Source: a bacterium (lineage in GTDB: Bacteria > Desulfobacterota > DSWW01). Taken from it: DNA of 17,436 nt. A model generated the notes under the pieces. It was not told the origin of the DNA and did not search any database. It saw only the letters and a program-made list of their open reading frames with translations. Below are positions 1 to 7,891 of this stretch, piece by piece. The translations under genes were made by a program, and so were the position numbers. The stretch is taken from NCBI GenBank assembly GCA_040756235.1, contig JBFLZG010000140.1, positions 1 to 17,436 on the forward strand, read 5' to 3'. Position 1 is the stretch's first letter. Each line of letters opens with the position of its first letter.

Positions 1-665
1 AATGTCCCCAGACTCCTGCAACCTCCCGGCTCAAGTGCGACTTAGCCGGTCTCTCCTGCGATTTCGTCGTACAGGTCCTTCCAAGCCGGGTTAGCCGAAT
101 CGATCAACATCAGCTTCCTGCGCCGGGAACCGGCCTTGATCTGCTTCTCGCGCTCGTTGGCCCTTTCTGGATCCTCGAAAACCTCGTAATAGACCAGCTT
201 GTGTGCTTGATAGCGACTTGTAAAAACTCCGCCTATTCCCTCCCGATGCTGCCACACGCGTTTGGCAAGATCGTTCGTGACTCCGGTATAGAGGACCGTG
301 TTGTGACGGTTGGTCAGGATGTAGAGGTAATATTGTCGGTCCCGCAAATCCATGTTGTACCCTGGAGGTTCCTTCGGTCGCCGCCGGTTGACTTCTCCGG
401 AGCTTGCGAAGCTCTGCGAAGCAACCTCCCGGCTCAGCCGGACCCTGGGGGTTGCTTCGGTCGCCTGCGGCTCCCTCGCAATGTCCGCAAACTTTTCCGG
501 AGATTGCGAGGCTTTGCGAAGCAACCTCCCGGGGCGCTACTGGCACTGACATCGCCGCGAGCGCCCGATCTCGAAAATCCATCTTGACCCTGGGGGTCGC
601 TTCGGTCGCTTACGGCTCCCTCGCAATGTCCACAAACTCCTGCAACCTCCCGGCTCAGCCGGACC
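1..665. repeat. Array of REP-like inverted-repeat units (ATTGCGAG...CGAAGCAACC family) around the GIY-YIG gene
   Basis: Arm A (ttgcga..gc..tgcgaagcaacctcc) at about 404-429 and 503-529, with partial copies at 18-26 and 642-650. Arm B (ggggttgcttcggtcgc..cggctccctcgcaatgtc) at about 447-485 and 592-630, with a degenerate copy at 364-381. A and B are mutually inverted. 1-33 matches 625-657 at 31/33, and 391-432 is repeated at 491-532. Confidence 0.88.
42..353 (-). CDS. Stand-alone GIY-YIG nuclease family protein (UPF0213/YhbQ-like), 103 aa
   Basis: Translation MDLRDRQYYLYILTNRHNTVLYTGVTNDLAKRVWQHREG...FTSRYQAHKLVYYEVF...ANEREKQIKAGSRRRKLMLIDSANPAWKDLY has the YIL/LYTG hairpin, conserved Arg, the EREKQIK Glu and the NP.W.DL tail. 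Start set at ATG 353 because the longer ORF runs through repeats. Confidence 0.93.
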   Translation of the reverse strand: MDLRDRQYYLYILTNRHNTVLYTGVTNDLAKRVWQHREGIGGVFTSRYQAHKLVYYEVFEDPERANEREKQIKAGSRRRKLMLIDSANPAWKDLYDEIAGETG

Positions 666-671
666 GATTCC

Positions 672-1790
672 CTACTGCGACAGAATCGACTCCACCACCT
701 CGGGGCGGATCCGCAGGACCGATCGCTTCCCGTCCTGGCTGGTGTTGAGCACCTCGCGCTTCATGGCGGCGCGCACGGCCCGCTGCTTCTTCTGGAGCAC
801 GGCCCTCTTGAGCCCTTCCGTGTAGGCATCCGGCATCGGCTCCGTCTCCAGGAACCCCTTGGCTTGGGCTTCCTCCACGAGCGCGGCCCCCCGGTCCGTG
901 CGCACCACGAGCGTATTCCAGCCCGGCCGGCCTTCGTACATGCCGACCGAGACGTCCGCCCACTCCGCGGTCATGTCCGGGCAGATGGAACAGGTCTCGG
1001 GGATGAGGGGCCGGACCTCGTCGAGCGGGATCTCCACTTTGCCCTCCTTCATGTGGAGGACCAGCAGGTTGGCCGGCGGCGGCGGAATGTCCATGGATCG
1101 GATGGATCCCAGATCCACCCGCTTCTTCAGGAAAGCCGTGAGGCCCCTGTGGTCCAGGGACCAGTTGCAGAACAGGCCGACCGTCAAGGCCACCGGGTCG
1201 ACGAAATCCTCCCGGGCCAGCGGGTTGAGCCGCATCTGGGCGACCGCCGTCATCTGACAGGGCGTGCCGACCACGGCCAGGCGGCGCCGCCCTTCCCGGA
1301 CGGCCTGGTTCATGGCCGCCAGTGTCGGCGCGGATATGAACTTGGAGGACCCGCAAGCGCTGATCTCCTTGGGGCGGGTGGCGATCCTGGGGACCGGCTC
1401 GATGCCGCTGCAGCCGGTCAGGATCGCGGCGTCGATCCGCTTCCGCTTGAGCGCGAGGGTCACCAGTGCGCTCACCGTGCCGCCGCCCTGGAAGCTCCCG
1501 GCCTGCATCTTGGTCCCTGCCCGGGCACCCAGGATCTCCCTGTAGGTGCCCAGCGGGGTCCCCGCGTAGCTCGTGCCCCAGTACCGCCCTGCGAGCTCGT
1601 CCAGATCCACTTCAGCCTTGGGGCAGCTCGCATGGCAGCGGCCCTGGGCGAGCGTGCACGGGAACAGGGCGCTCGTCTTGCCACGGTAGTTCCTAAAATA
1701 AGGGCAGAGGTTCACGCAGGCTCCGCACCCGATGCAGAGGCCCCCGTCCTGCACGTCGTTCACCAGCTCGTTGGGACCATGGACCTTCAT
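672..1790 (-). CDS. Coenzyme F420 hydrogenase/dehydrogenase beta subunit (FrhB/FdhB) family protein with N-terminal 4Fe-4S motif
   Basis: CIGCGACVNLCP and CHASCP ferredoxin motifs. QGGGTVSAL, VVGTPCQ, VGLFC, CSICPD.TAEWADVSVG and GWNTLVVRT are typical FrhB motifs. Confidence 0.9.
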   Translation of the reverse strand: MKVHGPNELVNDVQDGGLCIGCGACVNLCPYFRNYRGKTSALFPCTLAQGRCHASCPKAEVDLDELAGRYWGTSYAGTPLGTYREILGARAGTKMQAGSFQGGGTVSALVTLALKRKRIDAAILTGCSGIEPVPRIATRPKEISACGSSKFISAPTLAAMNQAVREGRRRLAVVGTPCQMTAVAQMRLNPLAREDFVDPVALTVGLFCNWSLDHRGLTAFLKKRVDLGSIRSMDIPPPPANLLVLHMKEGKVEIPLDEVRPLIPETCSICPDMTAEWADVSVGMYEGRPGWNTLVVRTDRGAALVEEAQAKGFLETEPMPDAYTEGLKRAVLQKKQRAVRAAMKREVLNTSQDGKRSVLRIRPEVVESILSQ

Positions 1791-1868
1791 GGCATCCAGA
1801 CCTCACCGGAAGGATCGTTGTGGCGCCGGGTGGATACAGGACACTTCTACGGCTGAAAAGGCCAAACC

Positions 1869-1898
1869 AGTCTAGGGGCGACACGCTTTTGCTGTCAA
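1869..1898 (-). promoter_or_regulatory. Putative sigma70 promoter of the FrhB-like gene
   Basis: Minus strand TTGACA (1898-1893), 18 nt spacer, TAGACT (1874-1869), about 80 nt upstream of the ATG at 1790. Confidence 0.55.
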
Positions 1899-1944
1899 GG
1901 CGGAAGCGTGCGCCGGCGACATGCCGGCGGGCGCAGGGATCGCA

Positions 1945-2209
1945 CCCTCTTCTCCGTCACCCCGGCGCAGGCCGGGGTCCAGTCCCTGCACTCTCTGACC
2001 CGAGGCTGCACTTGATGCAACCTCCTGGATCCCGGCTCGCACGCGCTCCGCAGGCGGGCCGGGATGACGGAAGACGAACGGCCGCCCTCTTCTCCGTCAC
2101 CCCGGCGCAGGCCGGGGTCTAGTCCCTGCACTCTCTGACCCGAGGCTGCACTTGATGCAACCTCCTGGATCCCGGCTCGCACGCGCTCCGCAGGCGGGCC
2201 GGGATGACG
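1945..2209. repeat. Two tandem near-identical CGTC-tagged REP doublets (REPIN-like), 140-bp period
   Basis: cgtcaccccggcgcaggccggggtccag, a 42 nt spacer, then ctggatcccggctcgcacgcgctccgcaggcgggccgggatgacg, at 1955-2069 and 2095-2209. Confidence 0.92.
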
Positions 2210-2240
2210 AAGAAATGTGCGGCAGGATTCGCCTTGCAGC

Positions 2241-2921
2241 TCAGAACCCGGGCCTGTGCAGGTACAGGCAATAGGCATGTGACGTATAGAGCGCCGCGAG
2301 CGGGTTGTGGCCCGTGACCCTGTCCTTGACCGCCAGAACGGTCGTGTAGGCGTCCGCGTACTTGAAGAAAAGCGCATCGTGCCCCACGCAGAGTCCCAGG
2401 AGCACGTTGAGGTCGGTCCCGATCCGGTTCAGAATCTTGGCTTGCAGGATCGGATTACAGGCCGACTCTGGCGTTCCGATCATGATCTTTTCCTCGTCCC
2501 CTACGCCGAGCTCCTCTTTGAGCATTCGTCCCGCCTTGCACCCGACGCTCGTGATTTCGAACCCCTGCGCGGCCAGCACTGCGTGCAGGAGCCGCGCCTC
2601 GTGGGCCAGGCCGACACAGAAGGCGAGGCCGAGCTTCTTCGCCCCGATCTTGCCGGCAAACTCGCAGACCTCCTGAATCCTGGTCTTGCCGCAGTGCGGG
2701 AGGAAGGGCTGCCGCTCGCGCTCCAGGTAACATTCTCCCTCCTGGACCGAGGCCAGGCGCGCGAATTCGCGGACCTTCGGTTTCGCATACTCTCTCCGGG
2801 TCTCCTCCACGAGGTCCTGGAATTCGGCCGTAGGGCAGAAAGCGGGGCCCTTCCCCGATTCTGCGAAGCAGGCCCTTTCCCACAGATCGACTCCGCACAC
2901 GGCACACTGGGGGTTTTTCAC
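2241..2921 (-). CDS. DUF1847 domain-containing Cys-rich putative metal-binding protein
   Basis: CAVC...C...CPT, TRIQEVCEFA, KLGLAFCVGL, GCKAG, CNPILQA, GLCVGHD and VKDRVTGHNPLAALY. GTG start at 2921 with GGAG upstream. Confidence 0.88.
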   Translation of the reverse strand: MKNPQCAVCGVDLWERACFAESGKGPAFCPTAEFQDLVEETRREYAKPKVREFARLASVQEGECYLERERQPFLPHCGKTRIQEVCEFAGKIGAKKLGLAFCVGLAHEARLLHAVLAAQGFEITSVGCKAGRMLKEELGVGDEEKIMIGTPESACNPILQAKILNRIGTDLNVLLGLCVGHDALFFKYADAYTTVLAVKDRVTGHNPLAALYTSHAYCLYLHRPGF

Positions 2922-2932
2922 GGTCTTGTCTC

Positions 2933-3886
2933 CTAAGCCTCGAATACCATTCTCGTCCCGGACATGTTGAGCAGGAATTCCTGCGGCATTTCCTTCTCGA
3001 TCTGCAGGATGGCCTTGCGGCCGGTGCAGTGGGTAGGGACGACGTATCTGGGTTTGAGGGCCTTGAGGGCTTCCACGGTCTGCGCGATCCTGGGCTCGAA
3101 GACGGCTCCGGTGAGGTGAAAGCCTCCCATGACGACGTGGATCGGTTCGATTCCCGTGACTTCGCGGGCGTACTTCGCGGTGTTGATGATCCCCGAGTGC
3201 GCGCAGCCGGTGAGGACGACGAGTCCCTTGCCCTTCAGGCAGGCCACGATCGCCGTATCGTCCTCGATGGGGTCCCACTTCTCCTCCCCCTTGTCCCGAT
3301 AAAACATGAGGGGGAAGCCGGTCTCGAATTCGGTCACCCTGGGGATCTCCCCCAGAAAGGCAAGATGGCCGTCCAGGAGCGAGCTCGGCTTCTTGGTTTC
3401 CACGGGAAAGATGCCTGCCTCGTGAAGCTTTGCGGCGGACAGGCTGGGCAGATCGAGCTTCAGATCGGCGCCGACTTTCAGATAACGCTCGCGACGGAAG
3501 GCCGTCGGATGCAGGACGAGATCGATCTGGTCCTTTCCGACGCGCCGGGCAAGCGGTATCAGCCCCCCGAAATGGTCCATATGCCCATGGGAGAGGACCA
3601 GCCCTTCAGCTTCCCGGAGGTCGATCCCCAGCGCGTCCGCGTTGAAGGCGGCGCCGTGCTCGGAGAACCCGAAATCAAACAGAAGGCTGTGTCGCTCTCC
3701 GCCCGCAGTCACGATGACCAACGTGGAAAACCCATGCTCGGCCAGTATGCTGTTCCGGATCGCCATGCCCTTCACCGGCGCCGCACGTTGAACGGTGGCG
3801 GTGCCGTCGAAGGCAGCCAGGTCGATGTAGTTGTCCTGGAGTGTGACCACCTCGACCCGGTCTGCTTCGCGCAGAGAAACACCCAT
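2933..3886 (-). CDS. MBL-fold metallo-hydrolase (COG1237 / archaeal MJ0301-like family)
   Basis: AEHGFS, LLFDFG, LSHGHMDHFGG (HxHxDH), DD.A, TGCAHSGIIN, GGFHL and PTHCTG. ATG 3886 follows GAGGAGGAG. Confidence 0.9.
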   Translation of the reverse strand: MGVSLREADRVEVVTLQDNYIDLAAFDGTATVQRAAPVKGMAIRNSILAEHGFSTLVIVTAGGERHSLLFDFGFSEHGAAFNADALGIDLREAEGLVLSHGHMDHFGGLIPLARRVGKDQIDLVLHPTAFRRERYLKVGADLKLDLPSLSAAKLHEAGIFPVETKKPSSLLDGHLAFLGEIPRVTEFETGFPLMFYRDKGEEKWDPIEDDTAIVACLKGKGLVVLTGCAHSGIINTAKYAREVTGIEPIHVVMGGFHLTGAVFEPRIAQTVEALKALKPRYVVPTHCTGRKAILQIEKEMPQEFLLNMSGTRMVFEA

Positions 3887-3906
3887 CGTGCTCCTCCTCT
3901 TCTTCA

Positions 3907-4515
3907 TCACGGTCTTGTGATGCCTTTGCAGATGATCTTCACCTGAGCGCCCATCGATTTCTTCAGGGCTTCAAGGGACATAGGATCGGCCGTCAGATAT
4001 CGGAGCACATTGGTGATGAGGACGCTGTAAATCGTTTGTGCCAGATCCTCTATGCTGACATCCGCGCTCAAATCGCCGCGCTCTTGGAAATCGCCGAGCG
4101 TTTCGGTCAGCTCATCGATGAACGTGCGGTCCATCTGCCACAGATCTTCCATCAACCCCGGCTGCTTCGACATGGCGACCGAGACGAACTCTCGCCATAC
4201 CCGCTTGGGGTAGGTCGAGAAGCTGCCGATGTACCGAGCCGTCAGGAACTCGACAGCGTGCAGGAGGTCCTTCTTGCCTCTCTTGGAAACCTGCTCGCCG
4301 GCACCGATCCCCTCCTTCCATCTGTCCACAAGCAGCGACAGGAGCAGGTCTCCCTTGGAGCTGAAGTAGTTGTACACCGTCCCGACAGCAAGGTACGCTT
4401 TCTCGGCGATCTGCTCGATCGTTGTCGCTTCGTACCCGTGCGTACCGAAAAGCTCCATCGCACTTCTGTAGATCCGGTCTCTTCTGTCCTGCTTCTTCTT
4501 TTCTCTCAGCTGCAC
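3907..4515 (-). CDS. TetR/AcrR family transcriptional regulator
   Basis: LREKKKQDRRDRIYRSAMELFGTHGYEATTIEQIAEKAYLAVGTVYNYFSSKGDLL is a TetR HTH. GTG 4515 with GGGAG upstream. Confidence 0.93.
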   Translation of the reverse strand: MQLREKKKQDRRDRIYRSAMELFGTHGYEATTIEQIAEKAYLAVGTVYNYFSSKGDLLLSLLVDRWKEGIGAGEQVSKRGKKDLLHAVEFLTARYIGSFSTYPKRVWREFVSVAMSKQPGLMEDLWQMDRTFIDELTETLGDFQERGDLSADVSIEDLAQTIYSVLITNVLRYLTADPMSLEALKKSMGAQVKIICKGITRP

Positions 4516-4558
4516 GTCGGAGATCTCCCTTCCAGGAGGCAAGCCGGAGGCGCCTTCT

Positions 4559-5050
4559 TCATGGCTCGCAACGCGGAGCTCCCCAAATCCTGTCACAAAA
4601 AAGAGGGTAGACTCTTGCCGGCCTTTCTCTAACTTTTCCCCGCAGCGTGGTCAATTCGCTCTCCGTTGCCGGAAGGATCTCGGGAACGTCCCTTCCCTGG
4701 ATATCGAGGTCGAAACCGGTCCGGAGGGCGACATCCTGAGGTGTGACGTGGGGGAACGTTTCACTCAGGGTCAGCCGTTCTCTCTCGGTGTCGAATCGCA
4801 TCACGGCCATCGGGGTCACCACATGGGAAAGCACCCCGCGCCTCCAGGGGATCGAGGCATCCATCGCGGTGGCATTAACGAAATCGACGCGCCGGGCGAA
4901 GAGCTGCCGGGTATGGGTCATGGTGAACAGGATGATCCTCTTGACCACCATACTCAATACGTTCGAGGCGGCGCCGGAGCCGAGGCCGAGGTGCATGCCG
5001 GAAGAGATCATGCCCGCGGCCTCCGATGCCGTCATCGTCTCATCCGTCAT
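4559..5050 (-). pseudogene. Family I CoA-transferase remnant: alpha-subunit-like N-terminus fused in frame to beta-subunit C-terminal half
   Basis: MTASEAAGMISSGMHLGLG resembles alpha-subunit starts. SGAASNV...HTRQLFARRVDFV...VVTPMAVMRFD...LSETFPHVTPQDV..RTGFDL...PATESEL..LR resembles GctB-like beta C-termini. Only 163 aa. Confidence 0.65.
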
Positions 5051-5208
5051 TCTCGTGGTCCCCCTGTGCGTCTTGCCATCTCTTCGGACCTGAGCTGCTC
5101 TGGATCCTTTCGCGCCGCTCGCTCGAAGAGCCGATAGACGTTCGGGTCCGCGTTCTCGATCGTACGCGGGACGGAGCTGCCGTAGTGCCGGTGCCAAGCC
5201 CTCTCCAT
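5047..5208 (-). pseudogene. 53-aa internally deleted long-chain acyl-CoA ligase (FadD-like) remnant
   Basis: Not in the ORF track. Read by hand as GGGAGG RBS then MERAWHRHYGSSVPRTIENADPNVYRLFERAARKDPEQLRSEEMARRTGGPRE*. The stop overlaps the next ATG (ATGA). Confidence 0.62.
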
Positions 5209-5268
5209 TCTCGCCTCCCGGGAAATGAGGGTCTCCCTTCCACATGCTCAGGGCTGCAGAAGAACCGC

Positions 5269-6177
5269 TCACAGTCCGAACGCTGCCGCGGCGTTTTCCC
5301 CGAGGATCCGCTGCTTGTCTTCCTCTGTAATTTCCGGCAAGCCCATGATCTGGAGAGGCGGCGGATACTCGAGATTGCGGATGCAGCTCACCCAGTCCTT
5401 CTGGGAATAGATCTCGGTCAGGGCAGGGAAATCGGTCCCGAACAGAATCTTGTGCACGCCGCCCAGGGTGAGCTTTCCCACGGAGAGGACCTGGTAGAAG
5501 CCGGTCGGCAAGTGTGCGTGCATTTTCTGCCACGCCGAGATGTCGACGTACACGTTGCTGTTCTTGGCGGCGATGGTGAAGGCCTCTTCCCACCAGGGGG
5601 TTCCAAGGTGCGCGAGGATGAAGTGGATCTCGCGGAAGTCCACGGCGAGCTTGTCGACGTAAATCGGTCTGCACGTCTTGAGGTAGGAATCGGGAGGGCC
5701 CAGTCCGGTGTGCACGGCGATGTGGATGCCCAGTCTGGCCGCTTCCTGGTAAAGGGGGTAGTAGGACTCATCGTCCGGGAAAAAGCCGGTCAGCGGCCAC
5801 AGCTTCATTCCCTTGAACCCCATCTCGAGAACGCATCTCTTCAATTCCTGTATGGCGCCAGCCCCGCGGCGCGGATCGATCCCCGCATAGGGGACGATGC
5901 GGCCGGGGAATTTCTTGAATGCCTCCCCGATCAGGTTGTTGAAGTCCCGGGTCGTGAATGTTCCTGCGGCGTATTTCGGCTCGAAATCGATGCCGATCAG
6001 CACCGCCTTGTCGATCCCTCCTTCATCCATCTCCGCGATCAGCCTCTCGATCGAAGCGTTCATGAAATGATCTTTGCTCTTGAAACCGACATGCTCGGCC
6101 GTGGCATGCATCGACTCGAGCAGGCTTCCTTCCGGGATCCGCTCCGGCCATATGTGGCAATGGGCATCGACGATCAT
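5269..6177 (-). CDS. Amidohydrolase family 2 (TIM-barrel metal-dependent hydrolase)
   Basis: IVDAHCH, AGIDPRRG, GFKGMKL.P, VHTG, LAHLG.PW, NVYVDIS and KILFGTDFP. ATG 6177 follows AGGAGGAG. Confidence 0.92.
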   Translation of the reverse strand: MIVDAHCHIWPERIPEGSLLESMHATAEHVGFKSKDHFMNASIERLIAEMDEGGIDKAVLIGIDFEPKYAAGTFTTRDFNNLIGEAFKKFPGRIVPYAGIDPRRGAGAIQELKRCVLEMGFKGMKLWPLTGFFPDDESYYPLYQEAARLGIHIAVHTGLGPPDSYLKTCRPIYVDKLAVDFREIHFILAHLGTPWWEEAFTIAAKNSNVYVDISAWQKMHAHLPTGFYQVLSVGKLTLGGVHKILFGTDFPALTEIYSQKDWVSCIRNLEYPPPLQIMGLPEITEEDKQRILGENAAAAFGL

Positions 6178-6254
6178 CTTCTCCTCCTGTTTGCGAACGG
6201 TGTGAGACGGTCTCGAAGGGCACGGTTGCAGGTTCCCCGGCATCAGGCGGCTCT

Positions 6255-7559
6255 CTACTTGCAGAGCTTCTGAAATCCGCTCAGGGAATAGTCGTTCAAG
6301 TCATGGGTGACATTCAGGGTGATGGCGTTCCGGCTCCCGAAGTTCAGGATGACGGTGCTGTGATCCGTGCGATCGTCCGTCCCGATCATCGACTGGGGGA
6401 CGATGAGCCGGATCTTCCCGTCCGGGCTCTCGATGGCCGACTCGCCAAGCCATACCGTTTTCCAGTAGGCATCCGCCCGGTCATGGATCACCTTGAATGC
6501 GACCTGATACGTGTCCCTGTGGAGCCACAAGGTTTGGGTCCCGTAGTTGTAATAAGGGTCTTTGGACTTGGCTTCCAGGACGTAGACGGGCCGCTTGACC
6601 CAGAGGAAGCTCGTGGGGAACCACGGCGCGCCCGCGTATTCCTCCTTTTCGTAGCCGTAGACGATGTCCTTGATCGTGCTCGGCGTCTTGTACGTTCCAT
6701 CGCCCTGCAGGACCACGGGATGGGGGTCCGCAGCCACGAAGGGCACGAGCGCCTCCTGGGTCCGAAGCAACTTCCAGCTGAATGCATTGACCTTTCCGTC
6801 ATAGCCCCAGGAATCGTCCACGCAGAAGTCGCAGCCGACGAAGGCGTCCGAGCGGTTCGCCGGGCTCATGCGCCGCACCCTCCGGATGGCCGGAACGTAG
6901 GCGAAGGTGCTGTCGTAGCGACTGTCCTTGTAACGCCAGGTAAGGTTGCTCGTGCCGGCGATGTCGAACGGCGAGAGAACACGAATGATCGAATATTTCA
7001 GGATGTTTTCAGGATTGGGCAGGCTTCTCAGCGCCGGATCTCCGTCCAGAGGCTGAGACCACTCTTCCAACTGAATCGTCCGCTCGAGACCCGTCTCGCG
7101 TCCGATCCAGCGAGCTTGAGCAAAGGCGATGTACCCGCCCAGCGAGTAGTTGTAATAATATTTGTTGTACATGATCCGGGTACCGGCTCTGGGGTCGCTC
7201 AGGTCGATCTTCGGAAACGGAACGCCTTCGACGAACCCGGGCGGTTTGCCGGTGCCTGCGTCGATGATGTTGTCTTCCCGGTCCAGCTCGTATTTCCCGA
7301 CGTTCCCGTCCAGCGACCTCAGGGCGCCCGGCATGAAATATCTGCGCGGATCGTAGCTCAGGCTGCCCATGCTCAGGGTGTCCCCCCTTTTCACCCAGCC
7401 GACGACCGGCTCCGGTACGAGGCCCTCGAGCTCGCTCCAGTTGGTCTTGTCTATCGGGTCGCCTGGTGAGACGTCGGCGGGCGCGGCGGAAAATAACCCG
7501 AGCTGGGCGCAGAAGAGGATGGACGCCGCGCCCGCAATCAGGCCAGGTCGTGATTTCAT
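6255..7559 (-). CDS. DUF1329 domain-containing exported protein
   Basis: Signal-peptide-like N-terminus, PGDPIDKTN, GVPFP, YVPAIRRVRR, D.F.G.DF..DD, PYYNYG and D....YWK. ATG 7559 follows AGGAGGAGG. Confidence 0.85.
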   Translation of the reverse strand: MKSRPGLIAGAASILFCAQLGLFSAAPADVSPGDPIDKTNWSELEGLVPEPVVGWVKRGDTLSMGSLSYDPRRYFMPGALRSLDGNVGKYELDREDNIIDAGTGKPPGFVEGVPFPKIDLSDPRAGTRIMYNKYYYNYSLGGYIAFAQARWIGRETGLERTIQLEEWSQPLDGDPALRSLPNPENILKYSIIRVLSPFDIAGTSNLTWRYKDSRYDSTFAYVPAIRRVRRMSPANRSDAFVGCDFCVDDSWGYDGKVNAFSWKLLRTQEALVPFVAADPHPVVLQGDGTYKTPSTIKDIVYGYEKEEYAGAPWFPTSFLWVKRPVYVLEAKSKDPYYNYGTQTLWLHRDTYQVAFKVIHDRADAYWKTVWLGESAIESPDGKIRLIVPQSMIGTDDRTDHSTVILNFGSRNAITLNVTHDLNDYSLSGFQKLCK

Positions 7560-7614
7560 GGCTTGTACCTCCTCCTTTGCTCTCGGTCGCTCCCGGGCCT
7601 CTTTCGTTTGCTGG

Positions 7615-7691
7615 ATGAGTATCATTCGAATTTATATATCGAAGTAAATATGAATCTAATTCATATTAGGTGGGCGCCTGCGCCTTGTCAA
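7615..7691 (-). promoter_or_regulatory. Sigma70 promoter with overlapping operator palindrome (probable TetR site)
   Basis: Minus strand TTGACA (7691-7686), 17 nt spacer, TAATAT (7668-7663). Perfect palindrome AATATGAAT-cta-ATTCATATT at 7647-7667 and a weaker copy ATGAGT-atc-ATTCG at 7615-7628. Confidence 0.72.
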
Positions 7692-7891
7692 GCGGATTTC
7701 GGGAGTGACTGGGGCGTGCACGGCCCTGGCAAGTCCCGGGGGGATGCCCAGGGCTCACGTGCGGAATGGGCTTTCTTTCGGAGGGAACGGGGGCCGGGGT
7801 TGCCGACCCCGACGGCGGAAGGAAACTGGCAAGCCTGAAAGACCTTGAGGGCCGCTCTGGCCGGAGACGCTCTCAGCCGGAAGGGAACCCT

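Noticed and set aside
361..665. Possible CRISPR array
   Set aside because: Units alternate in orientation, are degenerate and irregularly spaced, and no cas genes are present. This fits REP-like doublets.
1873..1885. TAGGGGCGAC resembling a GTAG REP
   Set aside because: It lacks the G of the tag and the complementary arm, and it lies within the predicted promoter.
1945..2209. Possible CRISPR array or coding ORFs 1820..2122 and 1895..2377
   Set aside because: The spacers are identical between the two units, and the ORFs merely translate repeat sequence.
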